A DNA stretch of 64,000 nucleotides from Octopus vulgaris (GCA_951406725.2 OX597826.1:83576001-83640000), one strand, 5' to 3'. Shown: positions 37,774-50,670, counted from the stretch's first letter. Notes: generated by a model not told the origin, from the sequence alone. Numbers and translations: made by a program.

Positions 37774-37804
<31 letters not shown>

Positions 37805-37806
37805 AT

Positions 37807-37911
<105 letters not shown>

Positions 37912-37920
37912 CATATATAT

Positions 37921-38470
37921 CACTGAGGCAATGACTAGTGACCGAGACCTTTGGAAATACGCTGTGCTTGAGAAGACCTGGCAAGCCAAGTAAGACCATA
38001 ACCCATAGCCTATGCCAGTGGTGTAACCAGCCCACTTATGGGTACCTTTCTTTCATTGGGCACTAAACTCTGCTTGCAAAGACCTGTTGAGGCAAGTGAA
38101 ATTGAAATCAAATTGGCTGACGTGGCCGATGACAGCACTGCCTGACTGGCATCCATGGTAGTGGAACGTTAAGAGCACCATCTGAGCATGATTGTTGCCA
38201 GGGCCGCTGACTGACTCCCATGCCAGTGGCACGTAAAATACACCATTTGAGTATGGCCATTGCCAGTACTGCCTGACTGGCCCTCGTGTCGGTGGCATGT
38301 AAAAGCACCCACTACACTTTCGGAGTGGTTGGCCTTAGGAAGGGCATCCAGCTGTAGAAAGTCTGCCAGATCAGATTGGAGCCTGGTGCAGCCATCTGGT
38401 TTGCCAGTCCTCAGTCAAACCGTCCAACCCATGCCAGCATGGAAAGCGGACATTAAACGATGGTGATGAG
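37921..38470 (+). mobile_element. RTE LINE 3' end (last codons plus family A tail)
   Basis: [23 protein letters not shown], then the modular tail and ggacattaaacgatg. Confidence 0.85.
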
Positions 38471-38824
38471 GAGGCTATCCATATATGTGTGTGTGTGTTT
38501 GTATAATTGTTATCCTCGTGGTAGAGTAGCAAGGTATTCCTCTTCTTATAATGGTTTCCAGTGCCATCGAGACTGCACTCCCCTCCCCACCATCAAAAGG
38601 GTTTCAGATGATCCTGTCAGCACCCACATCTTTTTTCACTCTATCACATATTTGATAAATCTCCATTTGGTGAGCTTCTAAGTCACAAAATATAAACAGA
38701 CAGAACATAACTCCACTTGAGTAAATGTAAGTTCTCACACACACATACAATGGATTCTCACACACACACACTCACACACACTCCCACATATACACACCTC
38801 TCTCTCTTTCTATCTGTCTGTCTG

Positions 38825-38870
<46 letters not shown>

Positions 38871-39084
38871 ACACACACACAGTAACACACAATAACACAC
38901 ATACTCACGCACACTCCCATATACACACCTCTTCTCTGTCTTTCTATCTGTCTTCTGTCTTTCTCTTTCTTTCTCTCTCTCTCATACACAGACACACATG
39001 CACACACATACACGTTCTCTCTCACACACAATCACACACACACACACACACACATGCACACATGCACACACATACACATGCTGT

Positions 39085-39116
<32 letters not shown>

Positions 39117-40822
39117 CACACACCTAAAAACAGAATCAACATTTTCTACTTTTGCAATAAAGTTTTTCTGTATCTCCTGTAGATACAGTTTTCATATCCA
39201 CCAAATAAAATTATTTGGTTCTTACTCAGTAGAAAGGCATTCAACCAAACTCTGAGAAAAACTGCCTTTTGTAAAAATTGTCTCTGGGAGTGTTTTTGCT
39301 TTTTATGGCATAGGAAGAGGGTTTTTTTTTTTGTTTTTATCAAAGACTGTTTTTCAAAGACTGCTTTCTTAAAGTTAACAGAAATAAAATTTTGTGAGGA
39401 TATATCTGCTTTCTGCATTGAAAAGGTTAAACTGTTTACACTAAGAATAGTTGAATACTAAACTAGTTGTGCTAAAAATATTTCATTACTAAACTAATTT
39501 TTATTAAAATATTGGGTGACTCATTTAGTTATACTAAAAACAATTTGAGTTTTAAAGTATTCCTACTAAAAATAGCTGAATACTAAACTTGTAATAATTT
39601 ACCGATCTGTTACTGATCTAGGTGCACAAAAAATGGTTAAATTGCATGAAGAACTAGTTAGAATGTTGAGGCAAGGATTGAGTCGACATATCAATTCAAT
39701 TTAAAAGTATGAAGTGCCGTGCCAGTCTGATGTTTTCCATTATTCAGCTTCTTCGTCCTCTCACACCCAAACACCACAATATGCAAATAATAGCAAAAAC
39801 AAATATTTCTAATTCTTACATGGAAACTTAATCTAAACTGTAAATCTGTTGTAATTCTAAACTTGTGCCACTCATTACAGAGGAATATAATAATTCTGTT
39901 TTTACCGTTTCCATTTCAATAAAATAATATTTTGTGTGTACAGAATAAATAGCTTTTATAATTATATTTTATGCCTATGTCTATATTTATTTGTGTTTAT
40001 ACTCATTATTTTCATTATATCATCATCATCGTCGTCATCGTTATCGTTGTTGTCATCATCATCATCGCCTTAATCACTGCTTGGATGCACTCTACTGATT
40101 GAAACAAGTAAAAGAATAAAAGAATATATTTATGTATACACACACACACACACTCACACACACACACACACACACACATAAATATAACTGATGCTTAATC
40201 TAGTTTTAGATTCCTGATGATGTCTGTGAACTTTGCAAATGATAAAATAAATATAGAACACATGTTAAGTTTTCCCTAATCAAATTTCCCAACCGATTCC
40301 AGTTGAATCCTGTTTCTTAAAACAGGTTGCAATTGCTTACACATATTCAGTTCCCCCCTCCTTAATAAACATATATTTCTTCTGCTTCATTTCGTTTTCC
40401 ATCCAACCCTGAGTTCAAAGATTGCATATAGCTTCTGCAAGCAGACACCTGCAGATTGACCCTGCGCCAGTCTCCCATCGGGTTCTAATATCAAGCCATG
40501 GCCAGTTGGATGTTTTTGCAGCGTTATAAAAAAAGCCTTGGTTGACCCCATGGTTCTGGACTCAGTCTCAGTATGTGGTACCTCAGGTAAATTTCTTCCA
40601 CTTTAGCCTAGAGTCAGCCAAAGCCTTGTGACTGGAACGAATAAAAGGAAATAGAAAAGATAAAAGAGAAATCCTAAAGTGAAAATAGGGTTCTACAAGA
40701 AACTAATTGATGGAGAAAATATTTTTATGTTTTAAACGATTTAAAATCATCTTCTTTGCTATATAAATGAGTGTCATTTAATATCCAAATAATGGTTGTT
40801 GTTGCTTAACTCTGATTGTTGT

Positions 40823-41380
40823 AAGGAGGCAGTCGAAAAAGCCAGCTTCTATATATGGCTGAAGCGGGAAGACCAAAAATGGCTTGAAAGTTATAACATG
40901 CTGGCGGAAAATAACATCACTAGGTGAGACAAGCTGACACTGAATTAGCTTCACTGACTGACAGGTGACGGTCGTTTAGAGAACGTACCTTCATTGGTCA
41001 GTTAAAGTTGAGACAGTGTCACGTGACAACTTGCTGGGGCTGCCTGCTGGAGCCTAGCAGCAGGTATTTAAAGGGAAAAAATTTGACAAAACAGTCAGTC
41101 ACTTGCTGACACTCATTGACGCCACATCACAGCGGCCTGGGAATAGAAGAAAGAAGACATGCACCCAACACCAGAGCTGAAGACACCTCCGAAAGGGGAT
41201 GCCCCGCCACTTCAAAACGGTAGAGGAGTAGGGGCCGAAACTGGATGTCGTTCCTCCTAATGATGTCTTGAGCTAACTGGATCCTATAAAGGAGCTGTTG
41301 TAGTAGCAGACCACGAAACATGGTTGAAATTCCAGTGTGGTGGTTGAAGTGATCAATCATTAAACAGTTTTTCTCTGATT
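40823..41380 (+). mobile_element. Probable 3' end of a HERO-like (RLE-type) non-LTR retrotransposon
   Basis: KEAVEKASFYIWLKREDQKW matches the EAAEKASxWxWLKRxDxxW C-terminus typical of HERO-clade ORFs. It is followed by a GC-richer, structured UTR-like segment. Confidence 0.5.
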
Positions 41381-41870
41381 TTCTATAAGGAAACAGATTT
41401 TGGGTCAGTTCAGAGTTGCATCCCTTTGTATCTGATACTGATGAGAGCGAAAAAAAAGCTTGAAATATAGAGTGGGGTTACTCTGAACTGACACTAGTGT
41501 TTCCAACGTCTTTTCCGAAAGCAAACATTTTCTTCTCCAAGGGAAACCACAGTGAAAATGATCTTTTTTCCAGTCATATATGTCCGAAACATATTTATAT
41601 GGCATCGAAATGTTTGTTTATTTTACATCATTGTTTCATTCAGCCCACTACACCACTGGTATCTGATGCTGAAAAGGAGAAACCATTCTAAAACACATGC
41701 CATCATCAGTCTTGTTAGGGAATACTTCAAACTGACGCACTGTTTACCCCTTATTGGTCTGCAGTGAGAAATTTTCTCTATGGCAACAAAATTAAGTGAA
41801 TGACTTTCATACAGGTTTGAATGGGTCTCAACTGAATTTGAAATGGTAGCAAGCTTCTACTCATACATGA

Positions 41871-41913
<43 letters not shown>

Positions 41914-41980
41914 GATAGATGAGTGTATTTTTCCCTTGTTAACAATTAACATGGAAACGTGTTGGAAGTAAAAGTATTTG

Positions 41981-42041
<61 letters not shown>

Positions 42042-42129
42042 CATATATATATATACATATATATATGTACATATGTATGTATATATATGTATATATGTAT
42101 AAATATATATGTATTATATAAACACTCAT

Positions 42130-42173
<44 letters not shown>

Positions 42174-42333
42174 CTACGTGGGAATGAGATGTAGCCTCCA
42201 GCTTGTCTAGGAAGAGCCGTAACTCCAAATAAGAACAGGCTTGAGTCTTGTTGAGTCATCCAACTTATGTCAAAAGAAGAATAGACATTGAAAATAAGGC
42301 TCTCTCTCTTTATTTCTCTTTCTCTCTCTTTCT

Positions 42334-42377
<44 letters not shown>

Positions 42378-42394
42378 ATATATATATATATATA

Positions 42395-42531
42395 TCCTGT
42401 TTCTCCCCTTTCTGTAGAAGAGCGTAGGCTCGAAACGTAAAAGACTTTTTCTATTCCTGAGTGTTATAGTAATACATCTATTTGTTTTGTACACCACCTG
42501 TCTTCGTCTTTTGTTTTTTTTCGTAAACTCT

Positions 42532-42535
<4 letters not shown>
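42395..42535 (+). mobile_element. PLE-type terminal-repeat fragment with hammerhead-like motif
   Basis: cttt-ctgtaga-a-GAGC(gtag)GCTC-GAAA-CG-TA-aaag at 42408-42443. A second copy lies at 43860-44022. Flanked by (TA)n. Confidence 0.6.
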
Positions 42536-42565
<30 letters not shown>

Positions 42566-42834
42566 TAGCATTAAAGACCCGTCGTTGCCAGGTCATAGTG
42601 CTAGTGCATGTATATATGTGTATATATATGTGTACATATTACATGTACATCTATATATATACAAGAATGGTTGTATACTGTCAATCTAACAAGAACGTGA
42701 CAGTAGGGGGTACACCACCGCTGTATAGCCCTAGGAAGCATCGAACGCCTCCTGATGGCTTTGACACATTTTTCCCTGTGTCCTTATATACATATACGAA
42801 GGGGAGACAAACACCCCCGGCTGCTGAAGCTGCA

Positions 42835-42879
42835 TCTAGGGACACGTGTTTCAGGATCGTTGTCCTTCATCGGCCTAGA
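42835..42879 (-). ncRNA. Minimal type I hammerhead ribozyme motif (CCGAUGA core variant)
   Basis: TCTAGG-CCGATGA-AGGA(caacga)TCCT-GAAA-CACGTG-TC-CCTAGA. All three stems pair perfectly, with a GUC site. Confidence 0.8.
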
Positions 42880-42994
42880 GTAGCAGACACCGGTCAGCTG
42901 GCGATATTTGTCTCGACTTCGTAATTGTATATATCTATATTCAGTGAGAGAAAGGCCATGCTGGGGCACCAGCTTGAAGGATTTTTCATAGAAA

Positions 42995-43262
42995 GCCAAG
43001 TGAAATCATAATTGTGGCCGGTGCCAATGACATGTAACAGCATCCATGTTGGTGACATGTAAGAGCACCTGTGCCAGCGACACGTGAATGGCACGCACTT
43101 CACTCTGTGGAGTGGTTGGCATTAGGAAGGGCACCCAGCCATTGAATCCATGCCAAAATCAAACTGGAATCTGGTGCAGCTCCCTGGCCTACAAGTTCCA
43201 GTTAGACAGTCTGGCCGATGCCAGCATGGAAAGCGGACGGTAAACGATGATGACAATGATGG
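42995..43262 (+). mobile_element. Family A tail
   Basis: gccaagtgaaatc...ggagtggttggcattaggaagggcac...catggaaagcggacgg..gatgatg. Confidence 0.75.
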
Positions 43263-43269
43263 CGAATCA

Positions 43270-43596
43270 ATCCCTGAAACAATAGTTTTGTAATCCTGGT
43301 ACTTATTCTATCATTCTCCTTTGTCAAACAGCTAAGTTACAGGAATGTGAACCAACACCAGTTGTCAAGCAATGGTGGAGAACACACACAAATACACACA
43401 CACACTTGCACACGCATGCACACACACACACACACATGCAACAGGCTTCTTTCAGTTTTCTTTGACCAAATCCACTCACAAAGCTTTGGTCTGCCTGACA
43501 CTATACATGACACCTACCCATAGTGCCACACAGTGGGACTGAATCTGGAACCATGTGGTTGGGAAGCAAGCTTCTTACCACACAGCCACGCCCATA

Positions 43597-43598
<2 letters not shown>
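43270..43598 (-). mobile_element. SINE family B
   Basis: Homologous to 996-1405, with an internal (CA)n. Confidence 0.75.
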
Positions 43599-43639
<41 letters not shown>

Positions 43640-43640
<1 letters not shown>

Positions 43641-44017
43641 TAGCACTGACCACTTCCCAGCACCCACACCATCATCCACACACCTACACTTGCACACATG
43701 CACACATCAACGTCACACCAGCCCCCATCCACATGCACATACACACTCTCACATACACATGCACACGCACCTTTGTTTTGGGATCACCACTACTTTATTA
43801 TCTCCCCTTCTTCCTAGCTCTCCTGTGTGACACCTCTGTCTGGCCTTTGCCATGATAAACCATTTTTACTTTCTCTCCCTGTTTATTTCTGTGTTCCTTT
43901 CTGCTGAAGAGCGTAGGCTCGAAATGTAAAAGACTTTCTCACCTTCCCAAGCGTTAAACTAATACATCTGTTTGTTGTCTACACACCCGTCTTCGTCTTT
44001 TGCTTTTTTGTAAATTC

Positions 44018-44022
<5 letters not shown>
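43640..44022 (+). mobile_element. PLE-type terminal-repeat fragment with hammerhead-like motif
   Basis: cttt-ctgctga-a-GAGC(gtag)GCTC-GAAA-TG-TA-aaag at 43897-43932. The 3' part is homologous to 42395-42535. Confidence 0.55.
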
Positions 44023-44060
<38 letters not shown>

Positions 44061-45904
44061 CTGCACTAAGTTAATGGCAGATTTTGCTTCTGTTTGCTTC
44101 CAGAAATGCAGTGAACCAGTGATTAGTCTAATGGAAACTTGTATTCAACCAAATTTTGGTATAAAATAAATATAGATTATAAATATGTAAACAGAGAAAT
44201 CCCATGAGGGAATCTTTTACAATCTCCAAAAATAACTTTCCAAACTGCATTGTTGCCGCACTCAAATATTATTTTATAAACTGCTGAGATAAACAATTTT
44301 AGGTTTTAACCAATTCCTGCAACCACACAGAATTTAAATATAATATCAACGGGGTGAGACACTCTTTTGATTATCTTTGGTTTATTGATTTATTTATTTG
44401 AAAATTCTATAATATGGAACCAAACCCTGGAATGGCTTTCTGAAGTCTCTCAGGAGAAGCTGCAGCCTGTGCATTACACTGGTGAAACTCCTGATAATTA
44501 TAAGATATTGTTGTTGGTGGTGTTGCTGATTGTAATGGTTGGCTTGAAACTCGTGAACAAAAATTGATGTATGTATGTGTGTGTGTATGTGTGTGTTATG
44601 TATGTATGTATCTATCTATTATTCTATCTATCAATTTATATATGTGTGTGTGTCTGCATATGCATATGTATCAGCATCATCATCATCATCATCATCATCA
44701 TCATTTAACATCTTTCTTCTGTGCAGGCATGAGTTGGACAGTTTGACGGAAGCTGCAGCAGGCTCCAGTTGTCTGTTGCACCATGCTTTCTTTGGCTTGA
44801 TGCCCTTCCTCATGCCAACCACTTTGCACAGTGTTCACAGTGCTTTTTAAGTGGCACCATCACCAGTGCTTTATATATATATATATATAGGTTTAGAGAC
44901 AGGTGTTCTGTATATAGAATATACTTCGAAGTGCTCAAAAGATTTGAACTTGAGTCGGTTGATGAGTAAATGTAACGAGAAGCAAGTTAGGAAATTCGAT
45001 TTACACAGAACATGGATATGGATATCAAGTATGGATATCAAGTAGTCTGACTTACAGAACATAAATGATATCAGGAGTTATATATATGTGTGTGTGTGTG
45101 TATATATATATATAGAGAGAGAGAGAGATAGATATATAAATTAAATTAGAGATAAAACCACTATTAGGCAACCCAAACAGTGATAAGCATAAACCAAAAC
45201 ATAAAAAACAAAAAATAAATATAATTAATATATAACTACTGATTGTTAATTTGATTCTATAATTATTTAGTTGTTAAAGATATGTATTTCATTATTAGAT
45301 TATAACTGTACGTTATTTGTAAGTTATTACTTAGCCAACGAGATATATAGATCGTTAAATAGTTATACGGTTCTTTTAAGATAGGTTATACGTTTATAAT
45401 TTGCTTTTTAATCTTTAATTTTCTAATATATTTCATAAATATATTATATTATATTGCACCTTTATCCTGCCCCCTCTTTCCCTCTCCTCTTTTTCTTCCT
45501 GTCTTTCCTCTCCCTGCTCCCTCTAAGGTTCACTCCTTCTCTCTTTTTCCTCTCTCTGTCTCCTTCTTTCTCCACACCACCCTCTCTGTCTCTTTACTTC
45601 ACTCTCTGGTACCTCTAACCCGCCCTCTCTCTGCCTTTCTTCTCTCTGCTCCCCCTAAGGTCCATCTCCTTGTCTCTCTTTTCCTCCCTGTCCTTTTACT
45701 TTCTCTCTACCACACCTCTATCCCACTCACTCTCCCCCTGCTGACCTGCCATTCTTTCTCTTTCTCTCTTCCTCTTGTCTCTCTCTCTATCCATCCCCCC
45801 CTGGCTGATCTGCCACGAGCTTTTCTCTTCTCTCCTCTCCCTCTCAGGTCAACCATCTTATCTTTCCTTCTCTCTCTGTTCCTATACTTCACTCTCACTG
45901 TATC

Positions 45905-46133
45905 TGTATCTCAGGCGAAAATGTCAAGGAACTGGTCTGCGAGGGAGTTGCAATTGTTTGTCCGCGCCTGGAAGATTGCTGAGGGCAACTTGCCAAACAA
46001 TATCTCCTGGGGCTAAATTACAGTAACATTAGTCCTAAACCAGGACTACCATGTTATGTTGGCAAACAATCTTAACTCCAAAGTATTGTTGCTGAATATC
46101 TCTCGTTGTGAGATTTAAAAATAGTAATTTTCT
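45905..46133. mobile_element. End of the same DNA element family as 34537-34880
   Basis: cctggggctaaattacag..gtcctaaaccaggactaccatgttatgttggcaaacaatcttaactccaaagta..ctcgttgtgagattt is shared. Confidence 0.7.
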
Positions 46134-46599
46134 ACAATACTCTTCTAAAAACTAAGTTTCCTCATCAAAATTTCAAAGCTTCAAGATGATGCATAATTAA
46201 TGTCATTAAATAAGCATTACTTTTGAAAGAATAAGGTGAATGATAAAGGGTTAAAATTCCAAAGTCAAAATGGTGCACACATCTAAATCTTCATAAAACC
46301 TTGTTGCTTACAAATCTTGGTATTACTACTCTATCATTTGGACATTTATATATTATACGGTTGAACTGTAATCACTTTTATTTCCTAATAAATCATTCAG
46401 ACATTTTGATTTTGCATATTCAGATAAATCATGATCATTTTCAATTATATAATAATATGTCACTGGAATATTTCAGAATAAATTAACGACGCTTCATAAT
46501 TAAACTCACATAAATCAGGTTCTGTTCACTTTAGTGTTTCAATAGTGTCTAACATAAAATTCTTCACTTTCACTGGAAACTTGAAACAAAAGACCACCT

Positions 46600-46978
46600 T
46601 CATCATCATCATCATCATCATCGTTTAACATCCGCTTTCCATGCTAGCATGGGTTGGACAGTTCAACTGGGGTCTTGGAAGCCCGAAGGCTGCACCAGGC
46701 CAGTCAGATCTGGCAGTGTTTCTACAGCTGGATGCCCTTCTTAACGCCAACCACTCCATGAGTGTAGTGGGTGCTTTTTATGTGCCACCAACACAGGTGC
46801 CACCAACACAGGTGCCAGACGAGGCTGGTGAATGGCAATGCTCGGATGGTGTTTTTTATGTGCCACCGACACAGGTGCCAGACGAGGCTGGCGAATGGCA
46901 ATGCTCGGATGGTGTTTTTCATGTGCCACGGACACAGGTGCCAGACGAGGCTGGCGAACGGCCACGCTCGGATGGTGT
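46600..46978 (-). mobile_element. Family A tail with three ~56-bp tandem modules
   Basis: atgtgccacc.acacaggtgccagacgaggctgg.gaa.ggc.a.gctcggatggtg occurs three times. Confidence 0.8.
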
Positions 46979-46994
46979 TATATATATATATGTA

Positions 46995-47152
46995 TGATGG
47001 GCTTCTTTCAGTTTCTGTCTACCAAATCCACTCACAAGGCTTTATTTGGTCCGAGGCTATAGCAGAAGACACTTGCACAAGGTGCCATGCAGTGGGACTG
47101 AACACAGAACCATGTGGCTGGTAAGCAAGCTACTTACCACATGGCCACTCCA
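46995..47152 (-). mobile_element. SINE family B 5' half
   Basis: gggcttctttcagtttctgtctaccaaatccactcacaagg...ttaccacatggccactcc. Confidence 0.8.
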
Positions 47153-47435
47153 ATATATATTTTATATATATATATATATTATATTAAATTAGAGATAAAA
47201 CCACTATTAGGCAAATCAAACAATGAAAAACATAAGCCAATAGATAAAATTAATTAATTATATTATTTTAAATATATATCAAAAGTATTAAAAGTTTAAT
47301 AAAAGTTTAATATATATATATATATATATACATATATACATACATATATATAATACAGTAATTGTTTCTTATCAGGAACAAAATGTTTAATAGGACTGCT
47401 TTAGAAGTGCTCAATTGAATGAGACAAATATACTA

Positions 47436-48337
47436 AACTATGGTTGCAGAACAAACAAATACAAGGTCATCCACCTAACATATCACATCTCAAACATTTA
47501 ATCACAAAATGCTTTTTCTTTCACATAGAATATACATCACGGAAGATGAAACACAACTCATCAGTACAAGCATATAAGAAAATGCAAGGAAAATGTGTGA
47601 ATACAGTTCATCTCGGTTAAAAGTTAATATTCAATATTTCCTCTATTCAATAAGACAATCAAAACTTCATTTCATTTTACTATATATATATATTATTTAT
47701 ACTATATATTCTATATTCTACATTAATATTACAAAGAATAAATATCAAGGAGGTTAAGGGGGTCTCACCCTGGTACGTGATGTCTGTTTCTGTATTTTTC
47801 CCCTGACGAAGGAGTAATTATTGTGATGCACCCTCGTGCATTAAATACAGTGATGTACCCCTGAAATGGCCATAGGGAATGTAAATATGGTTTCTTCATT
47901 TTTGCTTGGACACTGGCTTTTAACTATAGGTTTCCCTTATCTGAAAAGTAATTTTTAAAAAATTTTCTAAACGATGAACTTTTATCTGACCTTATATATT
48001 ATATATTACTTATTTATATGCTTCCTATATTTATATATGTATTTTTATATATCTATATATTTCTTATATTTTTATTATTCTAGGTGTTGTAATGTTTTTA
48101 AAAAAATATATATTTCTTAATCGCTAAAGTATTAATCGTTAACTTTTAACCGAGATGAACAGTATTCACGCACTTTTCTTGTATTTTCTTATATGCTTGT
48201 ACTGATGAGTTGTGCTTCATCTTCTGTGATGTTATGCATCTATATTGTAAGTGTAAGAAAAAGCATTATGTGATTAAATGTTCGAGATACGAAATGCTAC
48301 ATGGATGACCTTGTATTTGTTTGTTCTGCAACCACAG

Positions 48338-48340
<3 letters not shown>
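47436..48340 (+). mobile_element. Fold-back PLE-type element with ~190-bp diverged inverted arms around a hammerhead-containing core
   Basis: 47436-47627 is an imperfect reverse complement of 48139-48340. Hammerhead at 47792-47888, with (TA)n flanks. Confidence 0.7.
47792..47888 (+). ncRNA. Type I hammerhead ribozyme motif
   Basis: TTCCC-CTGACGA-AGGAGTA(attattgt..gatgca/tgcatt..acagtgat)TACCCCT-GAAA-TGGCCA-TA-GGGAA, with palindromic stem III and an AUA site. Confidence 0.75.
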
Positions 48341-48375
<35 letters not shown>

Positions 48376-48390
48376 GTATATATATATATA

Positions 48391-49457
48391 CGAGATGATA
48401 TCTAAAAGTTCCAAGACTTGTTTTATGTTGAATAAAAATAACTTATTTACCTGAGCTGAGTTTTAAAATCCTCTACTTCCAAATAGTCACCTTGCGCAGC
48501 AATACACTGGTTCCAGCATTCCTGCCACTTTTGGAATCCAGTCTGGAAGTCACATTCCAAAAGCGAGTTGAGGGTCTTTTATGATTTGCTGTGGATCTTG
48601 ACAACAGGGTTAAAACTGCAACCTTTGAACGACAACCTTTGAATCTAGCAAACAGGGTGGGGGTGGAAGCAATGCTCTGTCACCATAAGGTGAGAAATTC
48701 TAGAGTAAGGAAAGCTCAAAGACAGAGTGTATTGTCATCATGAAGAATCCTGTTGGTCACACTCCACTGATCCGGTCACTTTCACTGATTGTCATCCCTC
48801 AAATGCTTCAAAACATCCCAGTAGAACTCTCGATCGATGACCCGATCCTGGGGGACAAATTCCCAATACACAATATCAAATTTGTGGGGGTGACGCTCGT
48901 GGCAGGTCTTCCAGATCACCCATCGTTGTCCAGGGACATCCCTCTGCCCGTGCCACTTGAAACATTCTGTACAAACCAATTGCCTCAAGTGCAGCCATGG
49001 CTGAGGGGTTAAGAAGCTTACTTCCCAGCTACATGGTTTCAGGTTCAGTCCCACCACATGGCTCTTTATGCAAGTGTCTTCTGCTATAGCCCTGGGCTGA
49101 CTGAAGCATTGTAATTGAATTTGGTAGGCAGAAGTTACTGCCTCATGTGTACATGTGTGTGTAGGTGCTTGTGCCTCTCCGAGAGAGAGGGGGGATGTAA
49201 GGCTGCCAAAGCATGCTTAGTGTCTCTGAAGCAGAATTCCCAAGTTTAGCACAAGATTTTGCGTTGGCACTTTGTTCTTGTCCATGACAAAATTAGAGAA
49301 AAGCACAAACTTCAAAAATTGCAAAATAAACACAGTGACATCCCTCAACTCACTGCTTCATGAAGGTCACTGCTAACTTTCACTGTGCACGCAACCATGT
49401 GCTGCCATCTATTGGTGTGCTACAGAAGTAGCCTGAGAACTTTTGGATACCACCTCA
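48391..49457 (-). mobile_element. Decayed mariner transposon with a SINE B head inserted at about 48990-49135
   Basis: TIRs cgagatgatatctaaaagttcc and gagaacttttggataccacctca with TA flanks. Minus-strand peptide IVYWEFVPQDRVIDREFYWDVLKHLR...ILHDDN. Confidence 0.8.
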
Positions 49458-49509
49458 TATATACACACACGCGCACCCACACACACACACACACATATGT
49501 ATATATGAG

Positions 49510-49721
49510 TCTAAGACATTTAACCCACCCCCATGGACATTAACCCCCCCCCACCAAGACAATTACCCCTGAGAACAACAGATGATTTAAAACTTCTTAA
49601 TTCTTAAATATTGGAGAGGGGGTAATTAACTAAGGGGGCTAATTGTCCTCGTGGGTAGTTGTTGTCAGGGGGGGGGGGTGTAATTGTCCTGGGTGGGGAT
49701 GGGGGGTAATTGTCCTGATAC
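49510..49721. mobile_element. MITE / fold-back element with inverted subterminal ggacaattacccc repeats
   Basis: gacaattacccc-like motifs on the left and ggggtaattgtcc repeats on the right. Confidence 0.6.
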
Positions 49722-49722
49722 A

Positions 49723-49763
<41 letters not shown>

Positions 49764-50636
49764 GGAAATGTACTTGCATAGCGAGTGACTTGATCTGAGA
49801 TTGTGAGCTGGAACGAAAACAATTGCAGTGTGGAAGGTGTTTATAAGCCATTTAAGAAATACACAAAACCGTTAGATTCACTTCAACATTTAGATTTAAT
49901 TTGTCAAAATATTTTTGTCACTTTGAGACTGCAACCTTTTCACTGACAAAGCTTTGGCTTATAAATGGCTTATAAACACCTTCCATGCTGCAATTATATA
50001 TACATACATATATATATATATATATATAATATATATGTATGGATGGATGTATGTATGTATGTGTACACTCCCCAACTCACTTTCCTTTGTTTTCCAACTA
50101 GGGGCTCCATGCATCTACTCTACAACAAGACCCCTATGTTTGTCCTTTCCGTATCTTAATTCTCACAACTGGCACAAAGCCTTAATACTCCTCCCCACTC
50201 CTAGTTGGGGGGTTCTTGTCTTGCGAGGTACCTGATGATCCTGTCGGTGATGGTACCACATAAAAGCATCCAGTACCTTCTGCAAAGTGGTTGGCATCCT
50301 GAAGAGCACCCAGTTGTTGAAACCATGCCAAAACAGCCAGTGGAGCCTGGTGCTACCCCTGGCCCTGCCATCTCCTCTCAAACCACCCAACCCATGCCAG
50401 CATGGAAAATGGATGTTAAATGACGACAACGACGATGATGAAGATGATGATGTATATACACACACACACACACGCACGCATGCACATGTATATATCATCA
50501 TCATCGTCATCATCATCATTTAACATCCATTTTCCATTCTGGCATGGGTTGGACTGTTTGACAGGAGCTGGCCCAGTAGAAGTTTACACCAGGCCTTTGT
50601 ATTTGCTTTGGCATGGTTTTATGGGGCATGTGATGA

Positions 50637-50670
<34 letters not shown>

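Noticed and set aside
40214-40270. Hammerhead-like CTGATGA...GAAC-ACATGT-TA
   Set aside because: GAAA is altered and stems I and II are weak. Too degenerate to call.
49895-49941. Minus-strand hammerhead-like fold (tttgtca..tgacaaa stem, aatatt palindrome)
   Set aside because: Both core segments are non-canonical (gtgaaaa and aaaa), so it is at best a decayed copy.
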